Shown here: positions 60,097-64,000 of the stretch, in pieces
How positions within the stretch are numbered: position 1 is the first letter of the stretch
How the letters are laid out: the number at the start of each line of letters is the position of its first letter
Origin: a virus
IMG/VR virus record: IMGVR_UViG_3300035670_013167
Span: 32,001-96,000 of that record
Strand: one strand, 5' to 3'
DNA length: 64,000 nucleotides
Translations under genes and position numbers: made by a program
Notes under the pieces: generated by a model
What the model was told of the DNA's origin: nothing
The model's database searches: none
Seen by the model: only the letters and a program-made list of their open reading frames with translations

Positions 60097-60759
60097 TCAT
60101 GCGTTCAAGTCTTTAGTTAAGTTTCCTATATTTATTTTATATTTTGTGAATCTATCGCCCCAAAGTGATTTTTGAGGTATTTCTTCTAATATTCTTTTTT
60201 CTATTAATCTTGCAATGGCTTTTTGTGTATCATAACTTTGCAAGCCAATTTCTATTTCTCTAACTTGTAATTTTGATAACTCATGAAGTAATTTTTTAAA
60301 AAATCCTCTTCTTTTTAAATTAGATTCTTCAGGCGAGTATTTCTTATCTATAGGAACAGAATCCATTCTTGTAATGCTTGCTAATCGACCTTTTATCCAA
60401 CCGGTTGCACTTCCACCCAACTCGTCTTCGTATTCAAAATCCCTCACAGGAATTTTTCTAGATTGCTTCATATCTGGTCCGATATTATTGTAATTAAATT
60501 TTGTTGTTCCGGGTGATTGATTAATGTTTTCTAGCCAATTTTTGAAAGATTCATCTTTTTGTGTTGCTAACTTTTGAAAAGTGTTTACAGGTCTGCTGGG
60601 GTCAACAATTATTTTCTTTATTTCTTTTTCTCCATCTTTACTGGTTATTTTGTCCCATGCTTTTTCTCTAGTATTTTTAGAATATTTTTTAAATACTACT
60701 TCTAAACTTTTAGCTATGTCAACTATTGCGTCTTTTACGTTCGTATCGTTTTTCTTCAT
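60097..60759 (-). CDS. Hypothetical protein, GNAT-like C-terminus
   Basis: KRRGFFKKLL; internal SFKNWLE. Confidence 0.55.
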   Translation of the reverse strand: MKKNDTNVKDAIVDIAKSLEVVFKKYSKNTREKAWDKITSKDGEKEIKKIIVDPSRPVNTFQKLATQKDESFKNWLENINQSPGTTKFNYNNIGPDMKQSRKIPVRDFEYEDELGGSATGWIKGRLASITRMDSVPIDKKYSPEESNLKRRGFFKKLLHELSKLQVREIEIGLQSYDTQKAIARLIEKRILEEIPQKSLWGDRFTKYKINIGNLTKDLNA

Positions 60760-60761
60760 AA

Positions 60762-61211
60762 TTACCCCAATCTAATATTTGCAATGTCAGAGACTTTTAT
60801 ATTTTTTAATTTAAGTGTTCCGTGAGCTAAAGGACGATAATACCCAGTAGAATGTATATATTGCATAGCATAATACAAATAATCAGGCAGCAAATCGTCA
60901 GAAATAACTTTTATCCCGATGTGTTCTGGGCTAAAATCTTTTGTAGGACTTCCAACTTTATCCTCAGTTCCTTTTCTAATTATCCAAAAATCTGCTTCTG
61001 GGAAATTCGTTTTCATTTCTGTTTTCTCAGACAAAGTAACAGAAACATTTTCATTTTTATTAAATTTCATTTTTAGAATCTTGTTTTTTCTTTTGCACCC
61101 TAAGTTTGAAAGTGCTCCTTGGACTTGAAAATTAGGATGTTTCAAGTCTTTGCATGATACGATTGAATCAACCGATCCCATCATTTCTAAAAAATCATAA
61201 AAATTAAGCAT
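60762..61211 (-). CDS. Hypothetical protein with HsdS TRD-like C-terminus
   Basis: LLPDYLYY...GT..KNIKVSDIANI. Confidence 0.5.
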   Translation of the reverse strand: MLNFYDFLEMMGSVDSIVSCKDLKHPNFQVQGALSNLGCKRKNKILKMKFNKNENVSVTLSEKTEMKTNFPEADFWIIRKGTEDKVGSPTKDFSPEHIGIKVISDDLLPDYLYYAMQYIHSTGYYRPLAHGTLKLKNIKVSDIANIRLG

Positions 61212-62007
61212 AATTGTACAAAGCTCCAGAGATACAGTCTATTATTTCAGAATTTGGCTGGGCTGGAGAAAAATACTCGTCCCATTCAGAAGGTTGAGGA
61301 ATCCATTTGTGGCCTTTGGTGGGAGATTGAACTTCGTATCCTGTAGATCTTATTATTCCGGTTTTTGGATTATAGTTCATGTCTACGAGAAAAGCTTCTA
61401 CTCTTGCTGATGTTGGAGCCTCAACTCCTTGTCCTTTGCATTCGAAATGAATTATGTAACTTTCATTATGTTTTATTTCTTTTACACCTATGAACATTAG
61501 TACTTTTGGAATAACACTTGGTTTTTGGCATTCTCTAACTATTTGTACTATTAAATTTTCTAAGTTGGAATAATCTCCAATGGCCGACTCTAATTGATTT
61601 TCATTTGTTTTTTCTACTTCTTCAAATATTTTATGGGCTAAGTTTTCATCGATTCTTAAGTTAGAATGAAGAACCTCTTTGAAAGGTAATACTTTTTTAC
61701 AAATCCAAACTTGATTTCCTTCTAAGTTTGTTTGTAGTCTTCTTATTGTTGCTCTAAAAGATCCTAATGGGCTAATTGTGACTTGAGTTGCTCCATTATT
61801 TCTTCCCCACTGAATGTGACTAGAAAAATTTGAAAAAGGATGAGTATCATTTAAATTAATTCTTAATAATTCTTCCATCATATTTTCTGTATTAATATAA
61901 TTAATTGGATATTCGTCTTGAACTTGATTGTAAGTTTTATTATTAATTTTTTCAAATCCAAAAATGTCTTTAGATTCGTTTATCCAATTTTTAAATGATA
62001 TTTTCAT
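61204..62007 (-). CDS. Hypothetical protein (MKISFKNWINE)
   Basis: 267-aa ORF; TATATATA-N5-ATG. Confidence 0.65.
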   Translation of the reverse strand: MKISFKNWINESKDIFGFEKINNKTYNQVQDEYPINYINTENMMEELLRINLNDTHPFSNFSSHIQWGRNNGATQVTISPLGSFRATIRRLQTNLEGNQVWICKKVLPFKEVLHSNLRIDENLAHKIFEEVEKTNENQLESAIGDYSNLENLIVQIVRECQKPSVIPKVLMFIGVKEIKHNESYIIHFECKGQGVEAPTSARVEAFLVDMNYNPKTGIIRSTGYEVQSPTKGHKWIPQPSEWDEYFSPAQPNSEIIDCISGALYNYA

Positions 62008-62012
62008 AGTAA

Positions 62013-62020
62013 TATATATA
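62013..62020. promoter_or_regulatory. Palindromic TATATATA box, 5 nt from the ATG of both divergent genes
   Basis: CAT-agtaa-TATATATA-ctatt-ATG. Confidence 0.6.
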
Positions 62021-62025
62021 CTATT

Positions 62026-62352
62026 ATGAAAAAGTTCTCTGTTTGGCTAGAAGAAAAAGATTATCTAAATGAAGAAAAAGATTATCTAAATGATGCAATT
62101 TTAGGCGTTTTTGGGGGAGACTCTATTCTTGGCGACTCTGAAAAAAGATACATCATGAGTAGAAATACAAATGAATTTAGTAACGAAATATTAAATAATT
62201 TTTTGAATTTAGGAGTTTTGAAAAGTTCTTTTGAGAACAATCCTAATAAGATGTTAGATATAAAAAATATGGTTAAGAATGGAATACTAATAAAAGACTT
62301 GATAGACAAGATCAGGGGAGAAAATTTAGCTCCCAATGCGAGGATAGAATGA
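62026..62352 (+). CDS. Hypothetical protein (MKKFSVWLEE)
   Basis: ORF with 21-bp tandem duplication (EEKDYLN x2). Confidence 0.65.
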   Translation: MKKFSVWLEEKDYLNEEKDYLNDAILGVFGGDSILGDSEKRYIMSRNTNEFSNEILNNFLNLGVLKSSFENNPNKMLDIKNMVKNGILIKDLIDKIRGENLAPNARIE

Positions 62353-62846
62353 TAAGTTTTAGTGAATTTTTAGAAGGCAAAATGGTGGGTAATCAAACTA
62401 ACATGAAATTAGTTGGAGACTTAGGTAAAAGTGCAACCAAAGCAGCAGTAGACGCGTTTGTTGATTACTCTGGTTATGGTTTGGCTAAAAGTGTTTTTGA
62501 TGCTGCATTGAGTCAAAGAAAAAATGTTACTAAAAAAATACAAGACGATGCGGCGATTAGAAAATCAAAAGAAATAATTAAATCTAGAATCAGCCAAAAA
62601 GCACAAAATAGACTTGGGAATATTGATGCCATAGTAGACTCTTACGTGTCTGCTACCGACGAATCACAAGCATTTTTGAATGATCAAGAACATCAGCTTG
62701 TTGTAAACGCAATATATCAAGCAGTTGATAATGGATCTATAAAATCAGGATTTGCACAAGAATTAGTTAATGGCATTTTGCAAGAAAAAATAAATGCTAT
62801 TCAAAATGTGTTAGATATGAGCAAACCAAAAAAGATTGTTATTTAA
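62349..62846 (+). CDS. Hypothetical protein (MISFSEFLE)
   Basis: ATGA-coupled ORF. Confidence 0.65.
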   Translation: MISFSEFLEGKMVGNQTNMKLVGDLGKSATKAAVDAFVDYSGYGLAKSVFDAALSQRKNVTKKIQDDAAIRKSKEIIKSRISQKAQNRLGNIDAIVDSYVSATDESQAFLNDQEHQLVVNAIYQAVDNGSIKSGFAQELVNGILQEKINAIQNVLDMSKPKKIVI

Positions 62847-63535
62847 TCATACACAATATAGCCATTGGAAGTTACTACTCCAAAAACATGAATTAAGTCT
62901 AATTCAAAAATTTCTGACTCTGGGATGTGTTTGTACAAAACATGTTCAAAATCTAAATATTCATTGTTTTTAAATGCATATATTAGATCATCAATCATTA
63001 AATCTATGTATTCTAAAGTTTTTGTAATCTTAGAATATGGAAAGCTCCATAGTCTACTTTCATGGTAATATTTTATTTGAGAATTTGGAATGTATGATTC
63101 TTTTTTTATCTTTAGAACATGTTTGTCTATTATTTTTTCGTCATTATATACATTTATGTCAAAGTTAGGACTCAGTTGATATCTGCCTGATATTCTAAAT
63201 ATTCTATCTATTTTTATTTTTGACTTTAGTACGGCTTGTATAGCGTTTCTTGTTAGCACAACATCATTAAGAGATTTAGAAGGTCCTAAGTTAGTTGGAG
63301 TTCCTAATTCGTTACTTATACCAAATAAAAAAACTTTACTTTTTACTTCTTTTAAAAATTCATTAAGATAAATGTCATCTGATTTTTCTCCTCCTTCAAT
63401 AAAAATTATTTTTGAATTTGGTGCGTAATCTTGTATGCTTCGAAGAGTTCTGTTTGTTTGTTTTATTCTTGTTTCTGTATTAAATATTCCGAGATTAGTA
63501 AAAAGAGCAGAGGTAACTATAAAAGCCGAATTCAT
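62843..63535 (-). CDS. Glycosyltransferase-like hypothetical protein
   Basis: FIVTSA, R..QT..TL.SI, FRISGRY, EH. Confidence 0.5.
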   Translation of the reverse strand: MNSAFIVTSALFTNLGIFNTETRIKQTNRTLRSIQDYAPNSKIIFIEGGEKSDDIYLNEFLKEVKSKVFLFGISNELGTPTNLGPSKSLNDVVLTRNAIQAVLKSKIKIDRIFRISGRYQLSPNFDINVYNDEKIIDKHVLKIKKESYIPNSQIKYYHESRLWSFPYSKITKTLEYIDLMIDDLIYAFKNNEYLDFEHVLYKHIPESEIFELDLIHVFGVVTSNGYIVYD

Positions 63536-64000
63536 TTAAAATCCTCAACTTTTACTTCGTGTCCTTCTTTTTGTAGTATTTTTATTCTTTTTCTACTATG
63601 GTTTAATAAGTACTGATTATTGTAAAATATAAAGTCGTAATAATTTAAAACTTCTTTATCGTCGGCGGTTCTGAGTCCTCTTCCTAATCTTTGAATTATT
63701 TGATGGTCAGCCTGACCCCCTGCTGCATTTATTAAGTTGTGTACTTTGACGTTTATTCCGGTATTGAATATTTGTTGAGTGCTTATACTTATTGTGTTAT
63801 CTTTTGATGTTTTTAATTTTTCTATTACAAATTTTCTTGTTTCTAAATCGTCTTTTCCTTGGACCCACAAAACATTTGGAATCATTGAAAATAAAGCGTC
63901 TCCATGAGCTATTCTATCAACGAGTATCAGCGTTCTGCCTTTAAGGCTCAATGCTAATTTTTTAACTATCTCATGGAACGACCAATTTTCTGCAATGCCG
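63532..64000 (-). CDS. UvsW-like SF2 helicase, C-terminal part (5' end outside window)
   Basis: LVDRIAHG, FNTGINV, QRLGRGLR. Confidence 0.8.
   Translation of the reverse strand, partial: GIAENWSFHEIVKKLALSLKGRTLILVDRIAHGDALFSMIPNVLWVQGKDDLETRKFVIEKLKTSKDNTISISTQQIFNTGINVKVHNLINAAGGQADHQIIQRLGRGLRTADDKEVLNYYDFIFYNNQYLLNHSRKRIKILQKEGHEVKVEDFK

Noticed and set aside
2313-63616. Many short ORFs antisense to long genes (e.g. 4467-4919, 12631-13074, 34752-35315, 59416-59934)
   Set aside because: Fully overlap well-supported opposite-strand genes and show no motifs.

Overview
This strongly AT-rich, densely coded 64 kb segment appears to come from a large (jumbo/huge) tailed phage with T4-like character, in standard genetic code. 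Replication and repair genes include a two-piece DnaE, a degenerate family A polymerase, a DnaB/gp41 helicase, a gp32-like SSB, RecA/UvsX, a UvsY-like protein, a Hel308/Ski2-like helicase, a partial UvsW-like helicase and an OGG-type glycosylase. Nucleotide metabolism genes are thyA, DHFR, dNMP kinase, guaC and hpt. Host-like genes include bS21, peptide deformylase, a complete prkA(yeaG)-yeaH-spoVR cluster followed by clpP, HldE and several glycosyl-, methyl- and sulfotransferases. Mobile elements are three LAGLIDADG inteins and one tnpB-only IS200/IS605 element carrying a cargo gene. The best novelty candidate is in the N-terminal dnaE gene: it is interrupted inside the conserved HLHLH|SDFS motif by a stop-containing 8-nt gap, set at the foot of a perfect 12-bp hairpin that also hides the start codon, which suggests programmed ribosomal bypassing or a micro-intron. 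Other candidates are a structured ~170-nt thyA leader RNA with a tRNA-elbow-like domain, about 14 proteins with T4 capsid-targeting-like N-termini, and TATAAATA-N5-ATG leaderless late promoters. No tRNA genes or CRISPR arrays were seen. All calls come from motif recognition by eye; no database searches were run.
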